Assembly: GCA_012799635.1 (NCBI GenBank)
Contig: JAAZKW010000011.1
Span: 11,738-75,737 of the forward strand
Direction of reading: 5' to 3'
From: Mollicutes bacterium
Lineage (GTDB): Bacteria; Bacillota_I; Bacilli_A; RF39; UBA660
Length of the DNA stretch: 64,000 nt
Both the position numbers and the translations under genes were made by a program. Under the pieces are notes generated by a model. The model had not been told where the DNA came from. It did no database searches and saw only the letters and a program-made list of their open reading frames with translations. How positions within the stretch are numbered: position 1 is the stretch's first letter; each line of letters opens with the position of its first letter. Shown piece after piece: positions 7,393 to 16,541 of this stretch.

Positions 7393-8004
7393 ATGGATCA
7401 GATTAAAATAGGAAAATTTATTCAGGAAAAAAGAAAGGAACAAAAGCTTACCCAAAGTGATTTAGCTGAAAAATTAAATATAACAGATAGAGCTGTATCA
7501 AAATGGGAAAATGGAAAGTGTCTGCCAGATGTTTCTATAATGCATAATTTATGTGTTATTTTAAAAATTACTATTAATGATCTATTTAGTGGTGAAATTA
7601 TAGATATGAAAGATAATGAAAAGAAACTTGAAGAGCATTTACTTGAAATGACTAAATTAAAAGAGGAAAAAGATAAACAATTATTGAGATTAGAAACAAT
7701 AATTGGTTTGATAGTTACTATATCCTTTTTGACATTGATATTTGTTAGTTCTTTTATAGAAATGGATGCATGGATTAGAATATTATTGATTTCAATAGGG
7801 TTTATTATATTTGTAATTGGTGTTGGTTATGCAATTGGAATTGAACAAACAGCAGGATATTATGAATGTCAAAAATGTCATTATAAATATATACCGACAT
7901 ATCAAAGTGTATTATGGGCTATGCATATAAATAGAACGAGGTACATGAAATGTCCTAAATGTAATAAAAGAAGTTGGCAAAAGAAAATAATAAGTAGAAA
8001 ATAA
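7393..8004 (+). CDS. XRE-family HTH regulator with two TM helices and a C-terminal 4-Cys zinc ribbon
   Basis: N-terminal LTQSDLAEKLNITDRAVSKWENGK, hydrophobic segments (IIGLIVTISFLTLIFV and ILLISIGFIIFVIGVGYAI), then CQKC..(27 aa)..CPKC. Confidence 0.8.
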   Translation: MDQIKIGKFIQEKRKEQKLTQSDLAEKLNITDRAVSKWENGKCLPDVSIMHNLCVILKITINDLFSGEIIDMKDNEKKLEEHLLEMTKLKEEKDKQLLRLETIIGLIVTISFLTLIFVSSFIEMDAWIRILLISIGFIIFVIGVGYAIGIEQTAGYYECQKCHYKYIPTYQSVLWAMHINRTRYMKCPKCNKRSWQKKIISRK

Positions 8005-8090
8005 AAATACATATGTTAATAATTAATGGTAGGTATAAAGCTTACTTTTTTATATGACAATATGATATAATTTAAATGGAAGTGATCTTT

Positions 8091-8435
8091 ATGAAAGTGG
8101 GAATTAGAACCCCAAATATAAAAAAACGCATTAAAGCAAAAACAACAGGCAAACTAAAGAGGAGTATTAAAAGAAGTATTAATCCCTTGTATGGAAAAAA
8201 AGGAGTTGGGTTTATTAAAAATCCAAATAAATCAGTATACAATCATGTTTATAAAAAAACAACGATAGATTTATTTAAACCTTCTACTTCTAATATATGG
8301 TTTTGGCTTTTTATAGGATTTTGGTGGTACCCAATAAAATGGATTATATTATTAATTTATTTGGGCATTAAAAAGTTGTTTATATTTTTAAAACAAAAAA
8401 ATGATGGTGAATTAAATGAAAAAAACAAATTTTAA
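8091..8435 (+). CDS. hypothetical small membrane protein (basic N-terminus, one or two TM)
   Basis: ORF 8076..8435. The ATG at 8091 follows GGAAGTGA. It has a Lys/Arg-rich N-terminus and a Trp-rich hydrophobic segment (IWFWLFIGFWWYPIKWIILLIYLGI). Confidence 0.45.
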   Translation: MKVGIRTPNIKKRIKAKTTGKLKRSIKRSINPLYGKKGVGFIKNPNKSVYNHVYKKTTIDLFKPSTSNIWFWLFIGFWWYPIKWIILLIYLGIKKLFIFLKQKNDGELNEKNKF

Positions 8436-8489
8436 TATTGTTAGAAATTATTTAGATTTGGAATCTTTACTCCATTTTGGGGATAAATA

Positions 8490-8680
<191 letters not shown>

Positions 8681-8764
8681 GTATTGTTTGATAATTTCAA
8701 TAATAAACTTTGACGTTTTTTTATATGTTATTGTATAATAAAAATAGAGATTAAGGAATAAATT

Positions 8765-9205
8765 ATGGAAAACGTTCAAAATTTTAAATTAATAGCACAT
8801 GTTTTAGTCAAAATAAAAGGTAAATATCTTTTAATCAAAAGAACTCCAATTAAAAGAGGAAGACCCAACGCTTTTCCAGAATATTGGGACATTCCCGGAG
8901 GAATGGTTGAGGTTGGTGAAAAACCTAGTGAAGCGGCAATTAGAGAAACTAAAGAAGAAGTTAATTTGGATATTATTGTTGGCCCTGTACTTCATGAAGA
9001 TAGTAATTATGATGTGGAAAAAAAGGCCGTATTTACAAGATTGGTTTATCAAGGGGAATTGTTACCAAATCAATCTGAAAAGGATATTATTTTACTGGAA
9101 GATGAACATTCAGAATATAAGTTAGTTGACAATATAAAAGAGGTTGATAAATCGGTTGATTACTTATGTGATACAATAAAAAATGCAAACAAATATAATC
9201 AATAA
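8765..9205 (+). CDS. NUDIX hydrolase
   Basis: Nudix box GGMVEVGEKPSEAAIRETKEEVNL. Confidence 0.85.
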   Translation: MENVQNFKLIAHVLVKIKGKYLLIKRTPIKRGRPNAFPEYWDIPGGMVEVGEKPSEAAIRETKEEVNLDIIVGPVLHEDSNYDVEKKAVFTRLVYQGELLPNQSEKDIILLEDEHSEYKLVDNIKEVDKSVDYLCDTIKNANKYNQ

Positions 9206-9299
9206 AATTTTTGCAAATGGAAATATTAAGCATTCATTTTTGATAGTATATAAATAATTTTTAGATAAAATTTATTCAAATAGGTGAGGGAGATACATT

Positions 9300-9752
9300 A
9301 TGGAAATACAAATTAAAGAAGCTATTAAGAAAGATGTTGATAAAGAATTATTAGAACTTTTTATCGAGGGTTATAGATATCATCAAAAAGGAAGACCTGA
9401 TATATTTTCAAATAAAAATAATGAAACATTAAAAGAGCTAATGGATGATATTATGAATAATTCTAAAATAATAATAGCTCTTGTTGATAATAAAATTGTT
9501 GGATATTTATCATATAAAATAGAACAAAAACAATCGAAAAAATTAAATGTAGATCAGATAATTATTACTGAATCTTATCGTAGAAAAAGTATAGGCAAAA
9601 CATTAATGAACGAGGCAGAAAAAATAGCAAAAAAAGCAAGATGCGATAGAATTGAATTAAGTTGTTGGACTTTTAACACGGATGCTTTAAGCGTATATAA
9701 GCACCTAGGATATGATGAACAAAGAATTATTTATGAGAAAAAAATTAAATAG
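9300..9752 (+). CDS. GNAT-family N-acetyltransferase
   Basis: 150 aa with the acetyl-CoA loop RRKSIGKTLMNEAEK, and an RBS GGTGAGGGAG upstream. Confidence 0.75.
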   Translation: MEIQIKEAIKKDVDKELLELFIEGYRYHQKGRPDIFSNKNNETLKELMDDIMNNSKIIIALVDNKIVGYLSYKIEQKQSKKLNVDQIIITESYRRKSIGKTLMNEAEKIAKKARCDRIELSCWTFNTDALSVYKHLGYDEQRIIYEKKIK

Positions 9753-9907
9753 TATTAATTTACTCAGATAGAATAAAAAATCTAAAAGAGAAAAATTATA
9801 AATATCTTAAATAAGTGATAATATTGTTAGATTCAAAAAGGCATTATTAAGAAAATGATTGTTCATTTTTAATTTGTTTTATGATATATTATTTTTAGGA
9901 GGTTTGC

Positions 9908-10804
9908 ATGAGCGTTAGTGAATTATTAATAAATTATTATGAGGAAGGAAAGTTTAATCCAAAAGATTATTTTATAGTTCTTCAAGAAGAATTTGAATCA
10001 ATTTCAAAATTAAAAGAGAAATATAAAAAGGGAGATTGTAATCGTAAAATACTGGAGGCAGAAATAAAAGAAAAGTCAAAAGAGTTATGGAGACTAGTTT
10101 ACATATTGAAATATGTTCTTTTAGGGTCTTTAGAGATTGAATATGACTCATCAGATATAATAAAAAATTACGAGTTGGTAATGAAACTGATATTAAAAAA
10201 ATTGGGCGATGAATATATATTAAAACGCTGTTATGTAAATGACTTTTTACCACGTGATGGTGAATATATACCAAAAAGTTTTGATATAAATAATCTTATA
10301 CCGCTTGAATTAGGAAAGAATGATAGAGAAGATAAACTTATAGCATCACAAACTTTTGTTATTGGTAAGGAAGATGCATTAAAAGATATTGATAATGATA
10401 AATTTTATTATTCTACGTATTTTCATGAACTTATAAGCAAAATAGTTAAAAGTGGTTCTTCAATAGCAATGATTGCAGATTCTCATTTCCATATTAATAA
10501 TCCGACCCACCTCTTTGATGTATATGACCTTTCAAAAAAGGTTGATGTATATGAATTTCGTATGTCTTCTAAGGTTTTTAAAGGACTTATTTATTATTCG
10601 GGCGAATTATATATTTTAGCTCATAATGATGAATTATCTACTGTAGCAAGACAATTGAAACGATATATTGATATTTATGGTGGAGATATAGACAATTTAT
10701 CAATAGAAACATTAATTTCTAGAATTGCTGAAATTGAAAATTCAATTGGAAGAGAACCTGTTTTAGGTAGAACGAAAAAGACTAATGGTAGGAATATTAA
10801 ATAA
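9908..10804 (+). CDS. hypothetical protein
   Basis: 298-aa ORF with RBS AGGAGG 5 nt upstream. I recognise no motif. Confidence 0.5.
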   Translation: MSVSELLINYYEEGKFNPKDYFIVLQEEFESISKLKEKYKKGDCNRKILEAEIKEKSKELWRLVYILKYVLLGSLEIEYDSSDIIKNYELVMKLILKKLGDEYILKRCYVNDFLPRDGEYIPKSFDINNLIPLELGKNDREDKLIASQTFVIGKEDALKDIDNDKFYYSTYFHELISKIVKSGSSIAMIADSHFHINNPTHLFDVYDLSKKVDVYEFRMSSKVFKGLIYYSGELYILAHNDELSTVARQLKRYIDIYGGDIDNLSIETLISRIAEIENSIGREPVLGRTKKTNGRNIK

Positions 10805-10951
10805 TAATTTTTTGAAGTTATCTTTTAATTGTTTTTATCTTACTATCGTTTATACCCTAATTGCTACGATAAGTAGCATAAATGTTACCTTTTTTTGCTA
10901 TTAAAAGCAATGCTTTTTTGATAATATTTAGGCATGAAAGGAGAAATTGCT

Positions 10952-11530
10952 ATGACGTTTGGTCAAAAATTAAAAGAAATAAGAAAAAGGTTTGGATTAT
11001 CGCAAGAACAATTAGCCGAAATTATGAATGTTTCAAGACAAGCTATAACTAAATGGGAAAACGACAATGGACTTCCGGATATTAGCAACTTACAGGAATT
11101 ATCAAAGGTATTTGGGGTTACTATTGACTATTTATTAGATAATGATAATCAATTACCAGCACTAAAAATGAAAAAAAAGTTAGATAAAGCAAAATATAAG
11201 AACAGATTAAATATGAATTTGCAAGTGTTAAAAGATTATTTCCCAAAGCCATATGAAATCTACGTGTTATCAAGATTCAAAAAATTTAATGTCTTAGAAA
11301 GTGCGATTGATACTTTTTCAGAAATATATCCCCTATCTCTTGCAGATTCTTTTAGTGATTTATCATCATATTATTTAATAAAGAAAGAAGGATTAAAATT
11401 TTTAGTAAATATTAAAAATTATATGCTTGAAGTTATTGAACTGCCTTTTGATATAAATGAAAAAAAGTTTGTATACGGCAAGAATATATTTATAAACACT
11501 GCTAGATTAGATTTAGAAAAAGTAAAATAA
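10952..11530 (+). CDS. XRE-family HTH transcriptional regulator with uncharacterised C-terminal domain
   Basis: ORF 10934..11530. The ATG at 10952 follows AAAGGAGAA. HTH segment LSQEQLAEIMNVSRQAITKWENDNGLPD. Confidence 0.8.
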   Translation: MTFGQKLKEIRKRFGLSQEQLAEIMNVSRQAITKWENDNGLPDISNLQELSKVFGVTIDYLLDNDNQLPALKMKKKLDKAKYKNRLNMNLQVLKDYFPKPYEIYVLSRFKKFNVLESAIDTFSEIYPLSLADSFSDLSSYYLIKKEGLKFLVNIKNYMLEVIELPFDINEKKFVYGKNIFINTARLDLEKVK

Positions 11531-11551
11531 ACTTTTAAAAGCAGTAAATGA

Positions 11552-11582
11552 ACCTATATAATTAAAAATTATATGGGTTTTT
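11552..11582 (+). terminator. intrinsic terminator
   Basis: ACCTATATAATT-aaa-AATTATATGGGT stem (one G-U pair) followed by TTTTT. Confidence 0.65.
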
Positions 11583-11732
11583 ATTATGTATTAAATCCTT
11601 AATTAAGCAACAAAAACAAATTAATTGTTTAATAAAAAGCATCTTTAATTTTGAACGTTGTAAAAAAAACAAATGAAGAAAAGTTACTGATTGTTTTGAG
11701 TAAAAAAATGCTTTAACATTAGTTTTAGTGAC

Positions 11733-13289
11733 TTGGAGGTGGAGTTTATAAAAACTAGTAAAACTATTAAGAATTTAATATTAGATACACTTAAAGATAA
11801 TAGTGAAGAAATATTATATGAAATAGATAAAAGAAAAATAAGTTACAAAGAAGTTTATAAACAGATGAAATGTCTGGGAACATCATTGTTAGAAATGAAT
11901 TTAGAAAACAAGAAAATAGCAATAATGAGTGAAAACAGATATGAATGGGAACTTACATATCTGACTGTGATATGTGGAATAGGCCCTATAGTACCAATAG
12001 ATAAAACACTTCCAGAAAATGAAATAATTAACATTCTTACATCATCAAATATTACAACAATATTTTGCTCTAAGTCATACGAAAGATTACTTAAAAATAT
12101 AAAGAAGAAAACAAAATTAGAAAATATTATTTCTTTTGATAATAAGGCTTTTAAAAACCTTATTATTGAAGGTGAAAAACTGCTTAATAATAATAAAAGA
12201 TATATAAGAAAAGAAATTGATGAAAACAAAATAGCAGTAATATTACATACATCAGGAACTACATCAAAATCAAAAGTTGTTGCTTTATCTAATAAGAATT
12301 TATATTCAAATGTTGTAGAGTTAAAAGAAACATTGAACATTAATAGTAAAGATAGATTTTTATCATTTTTACCTCTTCATCATGTATTTGAATGTACGTT
12401 TGGATTTTTATATCCAATTTCTGTTGGTGCAAAGATTATATTTTCAAAAGGAATAAGACATATATTAAGTGAATTAAAAGAAAAAGAAATAACCGTTATG
12501 GCAAATGTACCCGTTGTTTATGAAATGTTATTAAAACAAATAGAAAAACAAATTGAAAAAGGAAAAACAACTGAGAAGATACTTGGGGATCAAATTAAAT
12601 ATTTAATAAGTGGTGCAGCTTATTTAAACCCCTTAACAGAATTAAAATATCGCAATTTAAGTATAAACTTAATGCAAGCATATGGATTATCAGAAACATC
12701 ACCAGTAGTAACGATGTCTACGAATAAAGATTATCGTGTTGGATCAGTAGGGAAACCATTAAAAAATTTAAAAATAAAAGTAATAAAAAAAGATAAAGAT
12801 AAAGTTGGAGAGTTGCTTGTAAAAGGTGATTCAGTGATGCTTGGATATTTAAAAGATAATACATTATCAAAAGAATCTTTTAAACGTAAATGGTTTTGTA
12901 CAGGTGATTTAGTATATGTAGATAAAAATAAATTTGTATATATAAAAGGAAGAAAGAAAAACGTTATAGTTTTAGAAAATGGTGAAAACATATACCCAGA
13001 AGAGTTAGAAAATATAATAAATGATATAAGAGGAGTTAAAGAATCTCTTGTATTTGATAAGAATAATAAATTAAATGTGAAGATAATTATAGATAAGGAA
13101 GATATATTAAATTATTATAATATAAATGAAAAAAATATTTATGTAACCTTAATGAAAGAAATCAAAAAAATAAATAAGAAGTTACCATTATATAAAAATA
13201 TAAAGGATATTATTGTTTCTGAAGAACCACTTATAAAGACTGCAACAAATAAAATAAAAAGAAACGAAAATATAAAAGCGATTTTATAG
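11733..13289 (+). CDS. AMP-dependent acyl-CoA/acyl-ACP synthetase family protein (long-chain fatty-acid ligase-like)
   Basis: AMP-binding motif LHTSGTTSKSKVV, then YGLSETSP and TGDLVYVD..GRKKN. The start is uncertain: TTG at 11733 has no SD, and an in-frame ATA at 11748 lies 5 nt after GGAGGTGGAG. Confidence 0.8.
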   Translation: MEVEFIKTSKTIKNLILDTLKDNSEEILYEIDKRKISYKEVYKQMKCLGTSLLEMNLENKKIAIMSENRYEWELTYLTVICGIGPIVPIDKTLPENEIINILTSSNITTIFCSKSYERLLKNIKKKTKLENIISFDNKAFKNLIIEGEKLLNNNKRYIRKEIDENKIAVILHTSGTTSKSKVVALSNKNLYSNVVELKETLNINSKDRFLSFLPLHHVFECTFGFLYPISVGAKIIFSKGIRHILSELKEKEITVMANVPVVYEMLLKQIEKQIEKGKTTEKILGDQIKYLISGAAYLNPLTELKYRNLSINLMQAYGLSETSPVVTMSTNKDYRVGSVGKPLKNLKIKVIKKDKDKVGELLVKGDSVMLGYLKDNTLSKESFKRKWFCTGDLVYVDKNKFVYIKGRKKNVIVLENGENIYPEELENIINDIRGVKESLVFDKNNKLNVKIIIDKEDILNYYNINEKNIYVTLMKEIKKINKKLPLYKNIKDIIVSEEPLIKTATNKIKRNENIKAIL

Positions 13290-13301
13290 AAAGGTAATAA
13301 T

Positions 13302-14348
13302 ATGGGAATCAAAATAAATAACAAAGAATCAAAATTTCCTATTATACAAGGAGGTATGGGTGTTGGAGTATCTCTTCATAACTTAGCAGGAAATGTTTCC
13401 TTAGAAGGTGGAATTGGGGTTTTATCAGCAGCCTCTATTGGTTATAAAAAAGAGTTGTTTAAAACTAATCCAAAAAAAGCAAATTTAAAGGCGATAGATG
13501 AAGAAATAAAAAAGGCTAGAAAAATATGTGGTGAAGATAAAATCCTTGCTATTAATATCATGGTTGCTATGAAAGATTATGAAAACCTTGTAAAAAGAAG
13601 TGTTGAAAATAAGATCGATCTAATTATTTCTGGCGCGGGTCTTCCAAAAAATTTACCAGAGCTAGTAGAGGGTTCAAAAACAAAAATAGCTCCTATAGTT
13701 TCATCTTTAAGAGCATGTCAATTTATTACTAAATATTGGATAACAAAATATAATTATGTACCAGATATGATAATAGTAGAGGGTCCAAAAGCAGGAGGCC
13801 ATTTAGGTTTCAAAAAAGAAGAAATCAAAGAAAAAAATCTTGAAGATATTATTAAAGAAGTTTTAGAATATATTAGAATAATCGAAAAAGAAAATGGTAA
13901 AGATATACCACTAATAGCAGCTGGAGGAATTTGGTCTTCTAAAGATATAAAGAAGCATTTAGATTTGGGATGTAATGGTGTTCAGATAGGTACTAGATTT
14001 GTTACAACAAAAGAATGTGATGCGAGTAATGAATTTAAAATGGCTTATATTAATGCGAAAGCAAAAGATATTAAAATTATTTCATCACCAGTTGGTATGC
14101 CAGGAAGAGCATTAAGTAATAAATTTATTAAATCTTTAGAAAAAGAAAATAAAAAAATAAATAAGTGTTATTCATGTATAAAAACATGCGATATAAAAAC
14201 AACACCATATTGTATTACTAAAGCTCTGATTAATGCTGTAAATGGAAATATAGATGAAGGATTAATTTTTTGTGGCGAGGTTGTAACTAAGATTAAAGAA
14301 ATAACAACAGTAAAAAAGTTAATGAAAGAATTAACAAAGGAATTATGA
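13302..14348 (+). CDS. fabK: FMN-dependent enoyl-ACP reductase II family (FabK / nitronate monooxygenase fold)
   Basis: FPIIQGGMGVGVS, GPKAGGHLG and AAGGI..GCNGVQIGTRF. It lies in the fab cluster. It also has an extra C-terminal Cys cluster, CYSCIKTCDIKTTPYC. Confidence 0.7.
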   Translation: MGIKINNKESKFPIIQGGMGVGVSLHNLAGNVSLEGGIGVLSAASIGYKKELFKTNPKKANLKAIDEEIKKARKICGEDKILAINIMVAMKDYENLVKRSVENKIDLIISGAGLPKNLPELVEGSKTKIAPIVSSLRACQFITKYWITKYNYVPDMIIVEGPKAGGHLGFKKEEIKEKNLEDIIKEVLEYIRIIEKENGKDIPLIAAGGIWSSKDIKKHLDLGCNGVQIGTRFVTTKECDASNEFKMAYINAKAKDIKIISSPVGMPGRALSNKFIKSLEKENKKINKCYSCIKTCDIKTTPYCITKALINAVNGNIDEGLIFCGEVVTKIKEITTVKKLMKELTKEL

Positions 14349-14878
14349 AATACATTCATTATGAAAAAATAGATTCTACTCAAAAAGAAGCTTGGCGAGA
14401 ATATGAAAAAGGGACAAAAGAAATATTGATAACCGCATCAATCCAAAGCGATGGAATAGGAAAACAAGGAAGAAAATGGTATACAGAAACAGATGATAAT
14501 ATTGCGTTTTCATTATTACTTACACCAAATGTAAATGTAGATAAACTAAAGGATTTAACTATAAGAGTAGCCGAAATAATAAAAGAAATATTTAAATTAT
14601 ATGATTGTTATTTAGAAATTAAAAAGCCTAATGATTTGATGATAAAAAATAAAAAAGTTGGAGGTATTTTAGTACAAACAAAATTAGAAAAAGAGAAAGT
14701 AAAAGCATTAATAATTGGTGTTGGAATAAATACCTCCCAAAAAGAGTTTAATAAAGAAATCAAAGATATAGCAACATCAATAATCAATGAATATAATATC
14801 AAAATTGACAATAGTGATTTTATAAAAAAATTCTATAAAATGTTTATAAAAGAATTAAAAGAAAGGAATATATTATGA
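14345..14878 (+). CDS. birA: biotin--protein ligase, catalytic domain only (no HTH, no C-terminal domain)
   Basis: KIDSTQ, GIGKQGRKWYT (a variant of GRGRxGRxW), KKPNDLMIKNKKVGGILVQ and GVGIN. It is 177 aa, and both its start and its stop overlap the neighbouring genes. Confidence 0.7.
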   Translation: MKYIHYEKIDSTQKEAWREYEKGTKEILITASIQSDGIGKQGRKWYTETDDNIAFSLLLTPNVNVDKLKDLTIRVAEIIKEIFKLYDCYLEIKKPNDLMIKNKKVGGILVQTKLEKEKVKALIIGVGINTSQKEFNKEIKDIATSIINEYNIKIDNSDFIKKFYKMFIKELKERNIL

Positions 14879-15807
14879 AAATAGCCTATTTATTTCCAGG
14901 ACAAGGAAGTCAGTTTATTTCAATGGGAAAAGATCTATATGAATCATATGAAGATGTAAAAAGAATATATGATGAAGTAGAAAAAATAACAAATATAAAT
15001 ATTAAAGATATTTCTTTTAAAGATAATAATCTAATTAATGAAACTAAATATACTCAGCTTGCAATATTAACACACTCTCTTAGTATTTTAGAAATATTAA
15101 AGAAAAATGATATAAAACCATATATGTCAGCCGGTTTAAGTCTAGGAGAATATACTGCTTTAATAAATAGTGGAATTATCGATTTTAAAGAAGGAATAAA
15201 ACTTGTTCAAAAAAGGGGAGAATTTATGCAAGAATATCTTCCTAAGGGTGGTTTTAAAATGATTGCAGTAATAGGCCTAAAGGATACAGAAGTAGAAAAA
15301 ATATGTGAAAAAATAGATAATGTATACCCTGCTAATTATAATTCATATGAACAAATAGTGGTTTCTGGATTAGAAAAAAATATTGATATAGCTACTATTA
15401 GATTTAAAGAAAAGGGAGCAAAAGTATTACCTTTAAATACATCAGGCCCCTTTCATACTAAGTTTTTAATAAATAGTAGTAAACATCTAAAAGAAGAATT
15501 GAAAAAGATTAAGTTTAATAAGGGCAATAATTATGTAGTCAGAAATATTGATGGAAATATCTATAAAGAGAAAGATGATTATGTTCAAATTTTATCTGAT
15601 CATATTATAAGTCCGGTTAAATTTACTAAAGTAATAGAAAAGATGTTAGAAAAGGGTGTTAATACATTTATTGAAATTGGACCTGGAAAAATATTAAGTA
15701 ATTTAGTTAAAAAAATAAATAAAGAACATAATAAAGAAGTTCAAATATTAAATATTCAAGATAAAGAAAGTTTAATTAATACTTTATCAATTTTAAAAGG
15801 AGAATAA
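14875..15807 (+). CDS. fabD: malonyl-CoA:ACP transacylase
   Basis: FPGQGSQ and the active-site GLSLGEY. Confidence 0.9.
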   Translation: MKIAYLFPGQGSQFISMGKDLYESYEDVKRIYDEVEKITNINIKDISFKDNNLINETKYTQLAILTHSLSILEILKKNDIKPYMSAGLSLGEYTALINSGIIDFKEGIKLVQKRGEFMQEYLPKGGFKMIAVIGLKDTEVEKICEKIDNVYPANYNSYEQIVVSGLEKNIDIATIRFKEKGAKVLPLNTSGPFHTKFLINSSKHLKEELKKIKFNKGNNYVVRNIDGNIYKEKDDYVQILSDHIISPVKFTKVIEKMLEKGVNTFIEIGPGKILSNLVKKINKEHNKEVQILNIQDKESLINTLSILKGE

Positions 15808-15809
15808 GA

Positions 15810-16541
15810 ATGAAGGTAGCAATAATAACAGGAGCATCATCTGGAATAGGGAAAGAAATAGCTTTAACATTAGCTAAAGAACAATATAACATAGTAATAA
15901 ATTATCGGAAAGAAAACGAAGAATTAGAAAAGATAAAAAAAGAAATCGAAGATAATAATGTTAAATGTTTAATGATAAAAACAGACGTTTCCAAGTTTGG
16001 TGAATGTGAAAAATTAGTTAAAGAAGTAATAGAAAAGTTTGGAGAAATTTCATTACTTGTAAATAATGCTGGAATAACTAAAGATAACTTAATTCTTAGA
16101 ATGACTGAAGAGGAGTTTGATGATGTTATTAAAGTAAATTTAAAAGGAACATTTAATATGACTAGAAATGTTATCCCTTTTATGTCAAAGAAAAAAGCTG
16201 GTAAAATTATTAATTTATCTTCAGTGGTAGGTATAAGTGGTAATGCAGGTCAAGCAAATTATGCAGCATCTAAAGCAGGTGTTATTGGATTTACTAAAAG
16301 TGTTGCTAAAGAATTTGCTTCAAGAAATATAATGGTAAATGCTATAGCACCGGGATATATTAAAACAAAAATGACAGACATTTTAAGTGATGAGATTAAA
16401 AATAATATTGCAAAAAACATCCCATTAAAAAGATTAGGTGAACCAAAAGATATTGCAAATTTAGTTAAATTTTTAGCTAGCGATGAATGTTTATATATCA
16501 CTGGTCAAGTAATACATGTTGACGGGGGGATGTTAATATGA
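15810..16541 (+). CDS. fabG: 3-oxoacyl-ACP reductase
   Basis: TGASSGIGKE, NNAG and YAASKAG. It lies in the fab cluster. Confidence 0.9.
   Translation: MKVAIITGASSGIGKEIALTLAKEQYNIVINYRKENEELEKIKKEIEDNNVKCLMIKTDVSKFGECEKLVKEVIEKFGEISLLVNNAGITKDNLILRMTEEEFDDVIKVNLKGTFNMTRNVIPFMSKKKAGKIINLSSVVGISGNAGQANYAASKAGVIGFTKSVAKEFASRNIMVNAIAPGYIKTKMTDILSDEIKNNIAKNIPLKRLGEPKDIANLVKFLASDECLYITGQVIHVDGGMLI

Noticed and set aside
10840-10925. Imperfect hairpins in the 10805-10933 intergenic region, considered as a possible small RNA or riboswitch.
   Set aside because: The stems are short, AT-rich and bulged, and they match no riboswitch core I recognise. They are most simply a weak terminator or promoter region for the XRE gene.
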